Assembly: GCF_008831285.2 (NCBI RefSeq)
Contig: NC_045138.2
Coordinates: 29,822,001-29,886,000, forward strand
DNA from: Nymphaea colorata
Taxonomy: Eukaryota
DNA length: 64,000 nucleotides
Direction of reading: 5' to 3'
Shown: in pieces, positions 1 through 13,645 of the stretch
How the letters are laid out: each line of letters starts with the position of its first letter
Position numbering within the stretch: the first letter of the stretch is position 1
The notes under the pieces: model-generated
What the model was told of the DNA's origin: nothing
Seen by the model: only the letters and a program-made list of their open reading frames with translations
Databases searched by the model: none
Position numbers and translations under genes: made by a program

Positions 1-228
1 GACGAGATGAATAGAAAGATGTTGGCAGCTCGCATTAAGCGAATCAGCAGTTTGAAAGTCCCACTGTAAAAAATGCTGTGTCTTGTATAATGATCCTTGA
101 ATATATGAAACTTTTTGTAAAATTTCATACTTTCTGTTAACATAATTTTTTTTTCTCATTTCTTCCAAATATGTGGGACCATCTTGGCCTGGACAACTGC
201 ATAATGCACACACACACGTGCGGGCATA

Positions 229-259
<31 letters not shown>

Positions 260-464
260 TTTCATAATACTTGGCCATCCGTTAAATGGTACTCTGCTAC
301 AGGAGAACTCGCAAATGCTCATGAATTGAACTATCATAGAAGTTTGGAATGAATTTACTCGTTCTGTTACAATAGCCTAAACATTATTTCAGAATGTCGA
401 AATAATGATATTTGTTTCCAAGAGTCGGGGAGAAGTGCAAATCTTACACGCTGCAACTGAAGAA

Positions 465-1158
465 AGTGTTGCATAATTGCGTCGAGGATTCAGACGACCA
501 TCACATAGCCACACTAATGCCATGGGAAAGGAAAATCTTTATTGTAACCATTCACTGTGTTTAGGAGAAATATTTGGAAGGTGTTTATACATTATAAATA
601 ACAGTATAGTGAATACCATCTCTAACGCCAATGGTGCCCTTCCGTAGCCTAGAAAAGTTTCCAGAGATGTTAAATAATTTCTTATCTTTGTTTTATGGTG
701 TCTTTCGTGGAATTAGAGCAAGGCTTGCTGAAGAGAGCTTATACCTCAATGAAGGCCTCCAAATTACCAAAAAGGATCATCGACTTCTTTGATTCCTTCA
801 TCAAAATAAGAACTAAACCAGTTTTAGATAAGATCTTCTAGCAAGTGTTGCATAACCGCGTTGAAGACGAAGATTACCATCACATAGCAGCATTAATGAA
901 GGCACTAATGAAGCTGTTACAGGTTATGGATAATCAAGAATGGTGACAGACTGACAGCCATGCAGCAGTCCACTGAATGCCATAGCAAAAAGAAAGATCT
1001 TTATTGTAACCGTTCCTTGTGTTTAGGAGAAATATTTTGAAAAGTGCTTGAAAATACATCATGATAACAGGGCGGTGAATAATATCAGGAAGGCCCATGG
1101 TGACCTTCGGTGGGTAATGTAACACCCCAAAGTTAATCTAATCTTTACTTTTGTTTTA
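465..1158. repeat. Diverged tandem duplication (465-697 vs 844-1158)
   Basis: Shared blocks AGTGTTGCATAA, ACCATCACATAGC, ATCTTTATTGTAACC, TGTGTTTAGGAGAAATATTT and TTTGTTTTAT occur in the same order; copy 2 has a ~70-bp extra segment. Confidence 0.75.
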
Positions 1159-2388
1159 TAACAGAAACAATTCATCGTCTGGCGAATTCCTTTTTCCTTC
1201 TTAGAAGTGCATGTCGAAGGGAAACACCGATCTTAGCAACTCCTGAGAGCAATGGTGGGACTTCCTGGCATACCTTCCCAAACCCAACAAGTCACCCCCA
1301 ACGGCTTGAGCTCATAGAAAGAGTGATGCCGATGAAAGTTGGAAGTGCAACCGCCTGCCCGGAAACATGGACTTACCAGGTTTTTTTGCTGTAGGTTCTG
1401 ACTTCAAGCAAACTTTAATAAGCAGTAATGTTCATGGTAATTAGATTTGGTAAAACAAATATGGTCTTATCAGCCATCAAATTCAGTCATTTTTCCAAAA
1501 CAACATCTGCAGATATTCAATTTCAATGGCATGCCGTGAATATTCGTGTCTTATACCAAAAGTCGTCCTAGGGTCTCCACAAAGCAAACCCCGTGAATCC
1601 GTGATGACCAAATCCTGATCAAATTCCACTGTGCCGCTAACCTACGGGATGTCCTGCGCTATTCACATCAGCAAAATGCATTTGGTAGCAGAGAAAAGTT
1701 TCTGCATTGCCTTATAATGTTACTCCTCTTCATATCAGCTATATATCTTACCAATAATGACATTTACCGGCAGCAAGTCTGAGCATTCCCCAACCATATC
1801 CCTTCCAGTCGGTGTACTAAGGACTGTCGAATAGAGACCTCTAGAACTAGGAATCAAGTCTCTAACCTGCCAAAAGAAACCCACCTATTTCTCCTCCAAC
1901 AAAAACGAAGAACCGAGGATCTTTAAGTTGCTCAAACATCCGCTACCAACAAAGAGAAAGGAAAAGGTCCGTTTTGCAAACTTCATGAACCTCTCAGATA
2001 GGATCATTTGGGAGATCTGATCATTAAACTATATCACACACACGTTGGACCACTTAATGGATCTATGAACCAGGTCTAAGCGATGGAGCAACATCACACA
2101 ATCATGACCTGTTGATCCATTGACGTGAGAGAGCTCACACCTGACTCTTAACAACGAATCAACCCGTAGCCAAACCCAACAACAGAAATGCATGGGCAGA
2201 TTTAGAGTTGACACAGACCTGGTCCGATCCGACTCTTTGAAAGGTATAGGGCAGTCTCCTTGACTGTGATCCACGTCCTTCCCTTCTTGCTAAGCATCAG
2301 ATTCATCGGCTAACTGACCTACATGGCAAGACAACCTCAAACTTGCAGTCAATATCAGAACGGTTGCACCATCAGAAACAAACATAAG

Positions 2389-2393
<5 letters not shown>

Positions 2394-2444
<51 letters not shown>

Positions 2445-2661
2445 GTTTTCTTTGATTGGGCGATCAAGATTTATCATTATATCAGATGACACAAGTTGTG
2501 ACCTCTCACCGCCATGCTGAAGCTAACTATATCCCTCGAGAAGAACAAAAGAAACCCGAAGCATTTCACCAACAAATGTCTTAACAGCTCCACTTAGGTT
2601 CACTCTCACAAGGGAAGAGCTCAAGGGTTTTATCAAACAACAAGCGTGTGAATTCACAATT

Positions 2662-2723
<62 letters not shown>

Positions 2724-2735
2724 AGAGAGAAAGAG
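2394..2735. repeat. Compound (TG)n(AG)n microsatellites at 2394-2445 and 2662-2735 (a third at ~229-259)
   Basis: Directly visible. Confidence 0.9.
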
Positions 2736-2950
2736 TGGGGCAAAAAGCTAATCCCCTGGCACGTATTAGGAGTACTCAGGTGATTGAGAATGTACATGGA
2801 CTCTCATTGAAACTTTTCTTGGCAGAAAAGGCCCCGTCCTAGATGGTATACACAATCAACCTCCCGCACGACGCCCCTACTTATGACACATGGCAGCACG
2901 ATATGTATAGGAACAAAAAAAAAAAGCGAGTAGAGGAAAAACGACCGAAA

Positions 2951-5900
2951 CTATGATGCAGCCAGGAGGGAAACTTCGATCTCCTGCAAGGACTTCCCCT
3001 TGGTCTCCACTACGTTCCTCTTCACGAACACCGCAGCTAAGATGCAGAAAAAAGCAAATATGGAGTACAAGACCTCAGCCCCAAGTTGCTCCAAAAGGCG
3101 CAGGAATAGCAGCCCCACAAAGAAGTTCACAACCTGAAACCAGCAACCACCTTCAGTCACAATAGAAAAACAGATATATCCAAAATCTTGTTGGTACGAG
3201 CAGAACCATGTTATAATCAAGCATGTTTCCTATTTTGACATCATCACCATCTTGCCCGTTCCAACTTCCCTATCCATATTCAGAAAATGATAGGGCCAAG
3301 AGAGAAGGCAATGGCCAGTGATCGCGCAAAACTGAACATGTTCTAGCGTATTACCCGATTGATGCTTTTATCAAAAAATAGCCAAGCTTCTCACAACTTT
3401 CCATTAACAATATAATCCAACCAAATGCTATGCATATGACTGAAAGTATACACCCTACAGTTATGCTGCACAATGACGTGGCAGAGCAGGGGAAGGACAT
3501 ACCCAATGCACACACATACAAACAGCCACAGCTTTAGCTCGGATGCGGCTAGAGAAAATTTCAGGCAAGAGGAGACCTGGGACAGGACCAGCTCCAAGCG
3601 CAAATGTGAACACAAACCTGGAACATCATGAATCTCAGAGTCAACAGAATGACGTGAATCCGCTCGGAATCGTTTAAAGGACAAAGGAAAAGGAAAATAT
3701 TGATCCAACTGCTGGTTTCTATTCTCCATTTGTGGTTGAACACTAACTTATTTGACTTACATTTTTCTACTTTAATATGCAGGTCAGTGTATGGTCATCA
3801 ACCAAACAATATCAATAGTGAGTTGAAATAACATGTTAGTTGTGTCAGAAATGATAAAAAAACACAAATGTCAAAATATGACCACCGTGAAAGGTTCTAG
3901 CTAGTTCATCCTTACAGTGATTGAAGAGAAATGATGGCAGTGTGCCTAAAGCGCCAGATTGTACATTACAGTTCAGGTTATTAAGGATTAGAAAAAATCC
4001 AGGTGAATAAGAACGGCAAAAGAGAAAACTAACTGAACTAGCAAACTAGAAAATAAATGTACTTTGATACAGCACACCATTTAAATACCACGCCCCAATT
4101 GATGTGAAGGTATGAATATGCCTCTTGCTGTGTTGTATTCTTCAGGGTCCTTTAAGGCTTGTATCATATTTCTAGCGTCCTACATTTCAACACCGAAACT
4201 TGAAAATTTTCATTTTCCCGCTACCTCAATCTTCAAAATTTTGACATATATTAGCATCCAAATGTCCAGAAAAAATAAAATTGGAAATGCAGAATATCAA
4301 TTACGTCAGACAAAAAAAATTAGTGCAAAAGATGTGACCAAAGTGTGCCCCTTCTAATGGACATTCAAAGAGTGTTCATTCACAGTTTCACAAAACATGA
4401 AGAAAGCAGACAATCAGTAGCAGGAAGTCTCATGGAAGTCCTTGTTTCTCCCAAGTAGACCATCACCTACAGGTTAGATCCTTGACTGACAAAAAAGTGA
4501 TTTACACCAACAGAATACAAGAGGATGTTAAGAGTCATGTGCCGGGAAATTGGCCCAGCATATGACATGTTTATGTTGTACCAAATATAAAAAACTTTCA
4601 TGTAACAAGAAAGTGTCTCCCTTAATCTACGTTCACTGATTCCAAAAAATCAAAAGATGCCAATAGGTTCGGTTAAAGAAACCCAGATAATCTCATTGTT
4701 AAACCTCGGCAGGTGCGTGTACTTACAACAATATTCCACCAACGGAGAGGCATGGCTCCATGTAGTCTGGCAGAGAAAATGCTGCAGCAGATGCTTGAAG
4801 ACCCTGAGCTACAGCCTGTGCCAATTAAACAGCATCCAAATGAAATTACACCCAGGCACATAAGGACAAACTTTAAGTATTTACCTAGGTACACCAAATA
4901 AAATATCATTTTTCGTTTAAGCATTTAAGGAAATCGGCAAAAATCAAAAGAAATTCTCATGGAGAAGAAAAATGGAAATGAATTTCGTTCCATTTTGAGA
5001 AAGCCTGAAAAACTCGTGAATCAGGGCATAAGATCCACAAAATACCAAATCCTTAAAAAGATCTTGTTATCGTTTCAAGATAAACTCACAAGGAACTTAA
5101 AAATGTAAAGTGGTCATCCAAAAGTGTAGCTTTTCTATTGAATGGTTTAATGACAGAGCCCCAGATTTTCGTAATGTCAGAAATTTTTGCCTGGTGACTA
5201 ACAATTTGTATTACATAGAATCCAAAGATACACATGTGACAATAAGATTCTGTAAGTTTGCTCTAGAGTGAAGGTTTGCAGATAAACAGACTTCAAAAGC
5301 CAATTAGTAAAGCTTGTAGCTGATACAACATTGAACCTATAAGGGAATGTAAGTAAACGAACTCGGAGAAATATGGAAAAAAGTTCCTGTGTGCTTGCGG
5401 AACAAGACACCAGAAATTTTTATCCAAAAGCAAAATCTACCATTCCAAGGAAGCTTCCTAGAAGAAGCATCTTTCTCCCAAGTTTATCCATCAACAGCAT
5501 AGCAACAATTGAACCTGCACAAAAGAATACACAGGTTTTATAGATGAAGATGCAATCTGCCAGTTAATGTATTTCAAATAATGGATACTTGAAAGGAAAT
5601 GCACTTTATATTTACCTGTCAAGTTGGATAAACCAACACAAACATTTGCAAGGTTCGAGGGTACACCAGCCCTTTTGAAAACAGCTGATGAAAAGTAAAA
5701 GACTGCATTTATCCCAGACAGCTGCTGTAATCCGAACAATATAGATCCAATCATCACAACTGTAAAGTGGAGACATCAGCACAGGGCGAACAAAATATGA
5801 CTAAGCAACAAGGTTTCAGGCACAGGCATGAGACCCGTCTATGGTGCCATTCAGAAAACGGCAAGCTAGTGTTGCCAACTGAAAGTTCATGCAGTCATGT

Positions 5901-8900
5901 TTGACATTTGATAAAGAATGGGTATTAATGAAGAGAAATTGCATAAGGCATAAATTAGACAGGTCAACAAGCAGCGTATAGACCAACAACATGGAACATT
6001 TTTCTTTGAAATAACTGCAAGGCATATGCCACTGCAACTCAAGTCTGCAGATGTCAGTGATTTCAGTAAAAAAGACATATTCTTTGTAGCTGCAGGCACG
6101 CTTGGAAAACCAATGGCACACATGGATATTCACTTGAATAAAATCAACAAACAGATTCCTAATTGAGATATAAAAAGACGAGAAAACCCATAGCAACTGA
6201 ACCATGGAAATTCACCAAATAAAAGGGGATTGCCATGAATACCTTTGAAATGACGACCATAAAGCAACTCTGACAGCCTCAGACTCTCAGCATCATCCCC
6301 CTTGTCTAAGCGTGACAATTCTGCAATTGCAAGTTTCACATGAGCTCCACTTAAGAGCCTCTCAAGCTCTGCTTCAGCTTCATTGCATCTCCCTTTCTGT
6401 ATAGGATATAATATGTAACAGTTTCCACCTTCAGTCAAAGGAAACAAACTAATACAATCTAACTTCTCAAATAAGCAAAGATAAATTACACAAATGGACC
6501 GAGAGAATTTCAACTACAAGGTTCACCTTGTAAAGCCACTGAGGACTCTCGGCACAGAGTTCCATGCCAAGGGCTAATATTGTAGCTGGGATGATAGATA
6601 CCCAGAAACAAAGCCGCCACCTAGACCAAATTGAAATTAGATCAATAATTAAATTGAAAACATTTCATGAAACTGAAGTGAGAAAATTGTTTTCATTTGG
6701 TGGTTTAACAGAAAACAATCTATCAATTATCTTACCATCCAGGAGTTTCTTTTGATGGAATTCCAATAAAAAGAGCCATTATGATACCAAGACATGTTGC
6801 AATCTGAATAAAGCTACCATATGTGCCTCTGACAGAAGAGGGAGAAACCTGAGAAAATAAATGAGCAATGGATACATGTTATTAAGGTAAGCTATAATAG
6901 CTACAGAACTGAACACCATTTATACCTCAGTAACATAAAGAGAAGCCACAGCTGGACCCAGTCCCATCCCAATACCAACAAGAAATCGTCCAAGAAGCAT
7001 ACCATCCAAACGTGGTGTTGTTGCACTGCAATGATGAGTATATGCATCACTTTAAGGAAGAGAAAATCTTCTTTTTTTTTTTTTGCTTGAATAAGCCCTG
7101 CATAACTGGTTTTCCTTATCTAATGCAAGCACTTCAAGGTCTGACTACCTGGCATATACTTCTGAAACAAAATTATCACTATTACACTGTGAAACAGATG
7201 TACACAGCCAAGAGATTCGAAACCAACTAAACATGTCGACGGTTTCAAACATATTTTTCAAAATGTATTCATATGGGAAACATAGTGGTCATCCTAAGAA
7301 GTACCCATTAGATGTTATAGTAATGCCATTAGTGTCAATGGAATATATTCTGAACCACAAAATAAACAATTTAGGTTGGTTGATCCATGAATTACATAAT
7401 CTACCCATCCCTACCCACCTCAATAACCATTGGCAACCGCCATGATACTTCTTAAAGCAGGGCAACTTGGAAATTATCTGGTCTCAGATAATTGCTGCAC
7501 TGTTAGTACATAGAATTAAATAGTGGAATTCATCAAACAGAAAGAACCACCTCCACTGCTTCTGTATAATTTATTTCATTTGGCAGCACTTCAATTGTGA
7601 TTGTCGAAGATAAAGATATGCCCAAGTAAAAACAACCCCAATTTGAAACGAACTGGAGAAGTATCCAGATCCAAGTCATGGTATGGATGTAGCATAAGCA
7701 TGCACTCATAATTAGCCATCTGGGCTAAACAAGCAGATGAAAAACCTGTTTGAAGCAAAGATGCACAGAAGGCACATTTACCTCAAAAATGCTCCAATTA
7801 TCATTGGTAATGCACTCAACTGGAATGCCCTGCGACGACCAACCCCATCTGCAATCCAACCACTAAGCATACATCCAAGGAATGCACCAACCAGACAAAT
7901 GCTCACAACCAGACCTGTGTACCAAGTGAATAGCAGACTCAGCATGAACAAACAAAGATTAACTAAAGACAGACATAAGGATTGTAATAGAGATCACTTC
8001 CGGGCTCCCAGTGACCCACACAATAGAAAGTCAAATTCCATAGAGTGGGGAACATAAAAGTAGTAACTGCAGTGCCATCAGAACCGGTCGGTCTGGACTG
8101 AATGGATGGCAGATTGATTCAGTTCAGTGGCTGATTCAAGAGTATCTTGTGCCAGTTTCTAGATATTTTATTAAAATATTTTAAGAATTTTTTTATTTTT
8201 TATCTTTTTTTCAAGAATTTGTTTTTAGTATTGTTTACCAATTCAGCGAAATCATGAATTGGCTGTTTCACTGAATTGAAGAACTGATTTTGACATCACT
8301 AAGTAATTGTACTCACATCTGAATCTGGATTGATGGATGTCTTGCCTAACTAAACATCCAGCTAGCAATCGAGGGGAATAAGATCCTTCAAGTTTTTTCA
8401 AGTCTACAACTCTGAATATTTCTCCACCGTCCACAAATTTACCGATATCAGTCCCTAAACTCCCTACATCTAAATAGAGTACAAAAAGTACATCCTTCTA
8501 TGATAGCAATTTTCAGCATAGCTTCTTACCTTCAGCTAGTGTATCTCCATCAAATCCAAGATCCAAAGACATGGTCTCAAGTGTTTCATTGACAACTCTA
8601 GTAACAAAAAATGCAAAAGTTAAATTATTTAGAACAACCGGCCCAGAACCACAAGATTTAAACAAAGAAGCAACCAATGAGGTGTGAAACTCACCCTAGA
8701 TGGTAACCAAACAGGAATGAAGATACTACAGCCACACACACATGTGAAAGAGACTTTCTCCATGAAGAGCTTGTACCATCTTGCCCCATGCTGCCCGGCA
8801 AATGAGCTTAGGTGGCCAAAAAAGGGAAACAGATTCAGTTTCTAATTATCAATGTTATCAAAGATCTTTATTTTTTGAAATCAGTCATTCGAAAGTTCGT

Positions 8901-9726
8901 GAGAAATCCTCAAAGCAAGACAAATATGGGTAGCATATGGTCTCAACAGTATCTTAAAGCTCTTGAAATAGCAGCCATCTTTTTGTTTCCTAAAACTCAT
9001 TGAACATCATCAACCTTCACAAAAACCAACAGCACATATGATAATGATTGCTTGACGGTCATTTAGCAGCTTTGTGGCAAAAAAGAAGCAGCAGGATATA
9101 GTTAAATTTATGAAATTAAATAATACTTTTACTACAAGATGGAGTTATATGGTCATTCATAACTTTTTCCAAATTTTATAAAGGTCTAAACATCATGGTT
9201 CTCAGTCTTTGTAGCCAACATCATTCTCAGATTGCACGCACAAATACAGACACAAACACTTTTCAAATACCGTGACATTTTTTTATATTGTCAACTGGCT
9301 CTGAAATGATGAAATTTTGATTATATCAAGATATCATCAATACATGAAGATACCGTAAGTAACTGTAATTTCATGATTTGTGACCAAACAGAAAAACAAA
9401 CACAGGAAAATCCTGATCTTTAGTTGGTAGAAGCAAAGTCTAACTGTAATGAGTTGCACCGACAAAAAATTTAAGCATTACAGAACCGCAGGAAGAAATG
9501 TAAAGATTAAAGTTCACCTGAATTTCCTGCTGAAAGTCCGTCCCACTCTGAAGAATTAGAGAAGTACCTTGGGGAGATGCGCTTGTGCATAGAAGAAACC
9601 ACTCGCAGACTAGGCCTTTGTCCAAAATAGGAAAAAGTTAGCATTACCCACAATAAGTTAGGATAAGTAGAATTGAGGACAAAAGGTGCAGAAAGAATAG
9701 AACAGCTCAGAATCTAACCAAACCAT
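2951..9726 (-). CDS. Probable plastidic glucose transporter 2/3 (SGB1-like, MFS sugar porter), 14 coding exons, ~494 aa
   Basis: Exons (minus): 9726-9719, 9615-9518, 8806-8695, 8597-8530, 7914-7782, 7025-6926, 6848-6736, 6620-6527, 6396-6243, 5759-5616, 5514-5441, 4815-4727, 3617-3503, 3133-2951. All introns are GT-AG; total 1485 nt, in frame. Sugar-porter motifs: SSFLFGYHLG, DGVGRRRA, ESPQWL, QQLSGINAVFYFS, DKLGRK, GAGPVPGLLLPEIF, VETKGKSLQEIE. The start is uncertain: ATG at 9726 (MVWPSLRVVSSMHKR) or the in-frame ATG at 9590. Confidence 0.9.
8070..8301. mobile_element. Degenerate hAT-type MITE in a transporter intron
   Basis: Ends CAGTGCCATCA...TGACATCACTA; TSD AGTAACTG/AGTAATTG (7/8); GATTC/GAAT subterminal motifs with an AT-rich core. 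Confidence 0.6.
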
Positions 9727-11640
9727 GGTGATTCTCTCCCACAAGAAGCCAATTTCAAGGAATTAAGACAATATGCATATAAAATTTGTACTCTTCTTTG
9801 ATTATTTCGTTGCCAATCTGGACGACCATAAGCACTTGCTTCCGTAACCAATGCCTAGTATCTTGTCATACAACTAATGCAGTTAAGAACTTCCCAATCT
9901 GTGAGATCATGTCACCAGTCTCCTGGACTGACGCCCTGTAAAAGAAGAACGGGACACAAGCAGTTATCAGCAAAAGCTTAGAATTTAGAAACATATTCAC
10001 GTGACAAGACAATGCAAAAATAATAATAATAATAATACCAACTACGTTCAACCCTGAAGAGAAATACGGTAAAAAAGTTGGAGCCTATTGTTAGAAAAAC
10101 TTCTCTGAAAATAAGATAATGAGCAGACAAATTTTGATTGGTGAAGTTTACCAACTCAACCGTGATTCCTGTTCCCAAGATAGATGAAAAAGATAATTCT
10201 GTTTCTCACAAGCCATGGTACCGGATTATGTTTCTAAGAACTAATTTTCAGCTTACGAGCCCCAAGGAAGTTAGGAACCAAACGATCACTGCACAGAATT
10301 GCACACAGAAATTGAAGAAAACTAGCAACTTCACTTGCGTTTTCTATTTCCACCTAGGATGCAAAAGCGTCTGAGTCAGACGAGCCAAATGCACTAGATT
10401 CAGATTCCAATCGGATTTCATGGAGCCAAAAAAGTTGCAGATCCCTATCCTTAAATCCGATCCATTTGCTGGCCTGTTGATTTCCTATTCTGATTAAGCC
10501 TCAAAGGTCACTCGTCGGCGGAGAAGAGACCATATCACCTTGATTTCTTGTTTCCCTACTTTAAATAGTTTCAGTTAATGTTGACAAATAAAAGTTAATT
10601 TCAGCGTAACAAAATTCATGACAAGGAACACCCTTTGGAAAAAGCCTTCTAGTGGCTAGACGCAAGCCGAATTAGTGATTCTGGGACTAACAGAAATTCT
10701 AAAAGAAGGACCTTAGAAGAGAGCATTCGTTAACATGATTTCACAATATGTTTTTCAGATAAAAATACATTACTTCTACCCCATGAAGATGAAACATATG
10801 AACACATCCAAATATCGGAACATTTGAAGCAATTTAGTTGGAGGAGGAAATAAACGGTCAGGTCAACCGAGTGTTTTAACCAGAGTTCATCCGTCAAAGG
10901 CAAGTAAATCAAATCTAACATAAGTTCCTCCTCAACAAGAGGATCAAGTAACGAAGTCATTTTATATTTTACAAAACTGGACGAAAATAATCAGATAACC
11001 ATGGAAAAGACAAGGAAATTTTTGACAGCATGAAAAAGTCGGGAAATGTAAAACCACTTCAGGATTTGCACGCTAAAAGATCATCAGAAAGATCACGAAA
11101 AGCGATCGGAGCAACCAAACTAATGCAATTTTTTAAGAAGATTTCGATCTCCTTAGATCAAACGTTCTTCGTGCGTGCTGTTAAGCAGCTACTGCAAATG
11201 AAGTAAATCAGAAAGTAATCGAAATAACTTCTCATGAAAATGCAAAGCACGCCAAAATGCCCGAGATACTGGATTAAAACGATAGTATTAACCGGGAACG
11301 CGAGATTTGCCGTAAAAGAACATTCCAAACTAACAAAAGATCGCCTAACGAAGAATCTGTTCCTAACTAGTGAAGAACACGCAATTTCTGGTGATTCTTC
11401 TATAGGAAAACAATAAATTTGAAAAGAAAAGTCGAAGACACAAAACGCTCACCACCGGTAGAAAGCTTTCAGATTGACGGGCAGAGTAGAACGTTTTTGG
11501 TGCCAAAGGAGACGAAGATCACCTCCAGATGGAATCGGCGATTCATATATAAATCTTCCGAACAAGCTACTTATACTTTCTGGAGTTTTCGGCAACAACA
11601 GTCTCACAGTGAGTGAAAGAGAGCAACAGAGGCCGCCCTG
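9727..11640 (-). other. Predicted spliced 5' UTR of the sugar transporter (leader exon ~11640-11453, intron 11452-9936, UTR part of next exon 9935-9727)
   Basis: Donor GTG|GTGAGC at 11452 and acceptor TTCTTTTACAG| at 9936; CT-rich leader near 11600-11640. The transcription start is not determinable. Confidence 0.5.
10766..11500 (+). repeat. Donor copy of a ~730-bp dispersed direct repeat (transporter leader exon/intron junction)
   Basis: Aligns by eye to 23170-23898 with about 9 mismatches in the first ~155 bp (roughly 94%) and few indels. Confidence 0.95.
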
Positions 11641-12895
11641 GTGACTTCAGGAGGCTTCTTCTCAGAAACAAAGGTTAAATATTGGATTCTTACGCGAGAG
11701 AGTCCGATTAGTGTATATTACAAATCAGTACCTATATTACATTTTTTTCATGAAACTACATTAAACTTTTATTAATTCCTGAAAACAAAGCTTAAACGGT
11801 TTTACTTAGGAACCTTGTAAATACAACTCCTATTCCGAACTTTAACTACTATGAAACTAAAACGTACGGATTCGTGTCTAATCTCAACCCAAAACCAACA
11901 AGAAAATCTCATTTTTCCGTTGTACAAATTCAAACTGTTCACCTTATTGTATGATCCGCTTTGCTTGCAAAAAAGAAAAATTGTATATTAAACTTGCATA
12001 ATTCAACCACAAATTTCTATTGACATTTCTAACTTTATTTTTCCCTTGGCAAAACACACTTCACTAAACATTTGATGTTCATAATACTTTTGAAAGAAGA
12101 GAAGGCAAATTTTTTTTCTAGTTAAGGAAAAATATTGCATCGAGAGGTGTAGTACAGCTGGTCAGAAGAGTGTTAAATAAAAAACACATCGTTGATTTGA
12201 TTTTCACATGTACTGCTCTCGTTAGATCAATGACGATGGGATCACGACACTCCTTGAAGAGTGTATCGTACCACCCAAGTCCCCAATGCAATCCAGGATT
12301 TTAGAAACTCGGGAAAATAATTTAGAGATGTCTTCAATTTTTTTTTTTTAACACTAGGCTGTTAACCTAGTCCAGATTTAAGTAATTCTGAACCTAAAAA
12401 GGTGAATAGTTTGACACTTACAAAGCAAAGAATTTTCGTAATTTTTCAACCGCGTAGGAGGGTCAAAATGCACTGACGGTGCCAAAGTAAGCACTAATTA
12501 GTAAATCATGCAAATAAGTTACGATTTTGTAATATTCCTATAAGATGAGGACTACCATAGGAAAAAAATCTGAATTTTTTTTTTTTTAAGTGTTGCATTT
12601 AATTTGAGCAGAGCTTTCTACGTCCGCCTCACCGTGAAGCTAACTACTTCCTCCGACCGCTGAGGACACGTGGTGGCTCGTGACTTCTGTCACGTGAGCT
12701 CCACCGTCCTCTCTCCCTTTTCATTTAAGCAATGTAAAAACACTGAAGCGTGGTTAATCGGTCAAAAATTAAAATAATTAACAAATATGCAAAAAAATAA
12801 TTTTAAAATATATATATATAATTCAATTATTTTCAAAAAACAGCTTTGCAAAACATGATTTATTTTCAAGAAAATTTATTTATTTTTTTCTACTA

Positions 12896-13033
12896 GGTTG
12901 CATTTGATTATCACCTTTAGTCCGATTTTAAATTCTTCTTTTTTACATTAAAGTGTGGATTGGGGTAAATGCTAAAAAGTTGATACAATTACATGAATTT
13001 GAAATTTCTTCGGATTTGGGAAACCAAACAACC
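12896..13033. mobile_element. Short Tourist-like MITE (related ends, opposite orientation)
   Basis: GGTTGCATTTG...CAAACAACC flanked by CTA/TTA. Confidence 0.45.
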
Positions 13034-13614
13034 TTAGAGTTTTAGTATTTTATGAGCCGATATTTTTTATAGTAATTAAAAATAACAATTTTAAAAAAAT
13101 AAAAAAAAATTGGTTGTCTTAATATGTGTTTGCCATCAAATCGCTCTTGATATTAAGGTTAGATTGCACAAAGAACATATCGCCGGTGTGTTTTAGGTGG
13201 TTCGGTTTTTATTCTCAAGTGGTTTGAGACATAAATATCGCTCTCTAAAAGTTGTCACGTGCCTAACTTAGTCGCATTCATTAGTCATTGTCACTAAGCG
13301 AACCAAGTCTTAGAAGTCTATTCAAATATCATATCGTCGAAACTCGAAGTCATGGTAAGATTTGAGTGTACAAAATGCGAAATCAGAACTGAATTTCTGT
13401 AAGTAAACTAATTTGGACATTCGTTGCAAACAGACACCAATTGAACCCACTAAAAAAAAGAATTTATACCTTATTTAAATTTACCCAATTATTGGATCTT
13501 ATAATTTCCAATCGAAAATCTATAACAACCAAACCATTGACGTACTTATAATAGTATTATAAAATTAAAGTAATAGTCGTGTGGATTATTATAACTACTT
13601 CTTTTAGCAACAGA

Positions 13615-13645
<31 letters not shown>

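Noticed and set aside
8760..8810. Alternative CAG acceptor at ~8791 for the transporter exon
   Set aside because: Wrong phase for the upstream exon; the AAG acceptor at 8807 keeps the frame.
12138..12350. Possible tRNA gene or tRNA-derived SINE (GGTGTAGTACAGCTGG A-box-like)
   Set aside because: B-box is degenerate and I could not fold a cloverleaf or find a TSD; at best an old SINE remnant.
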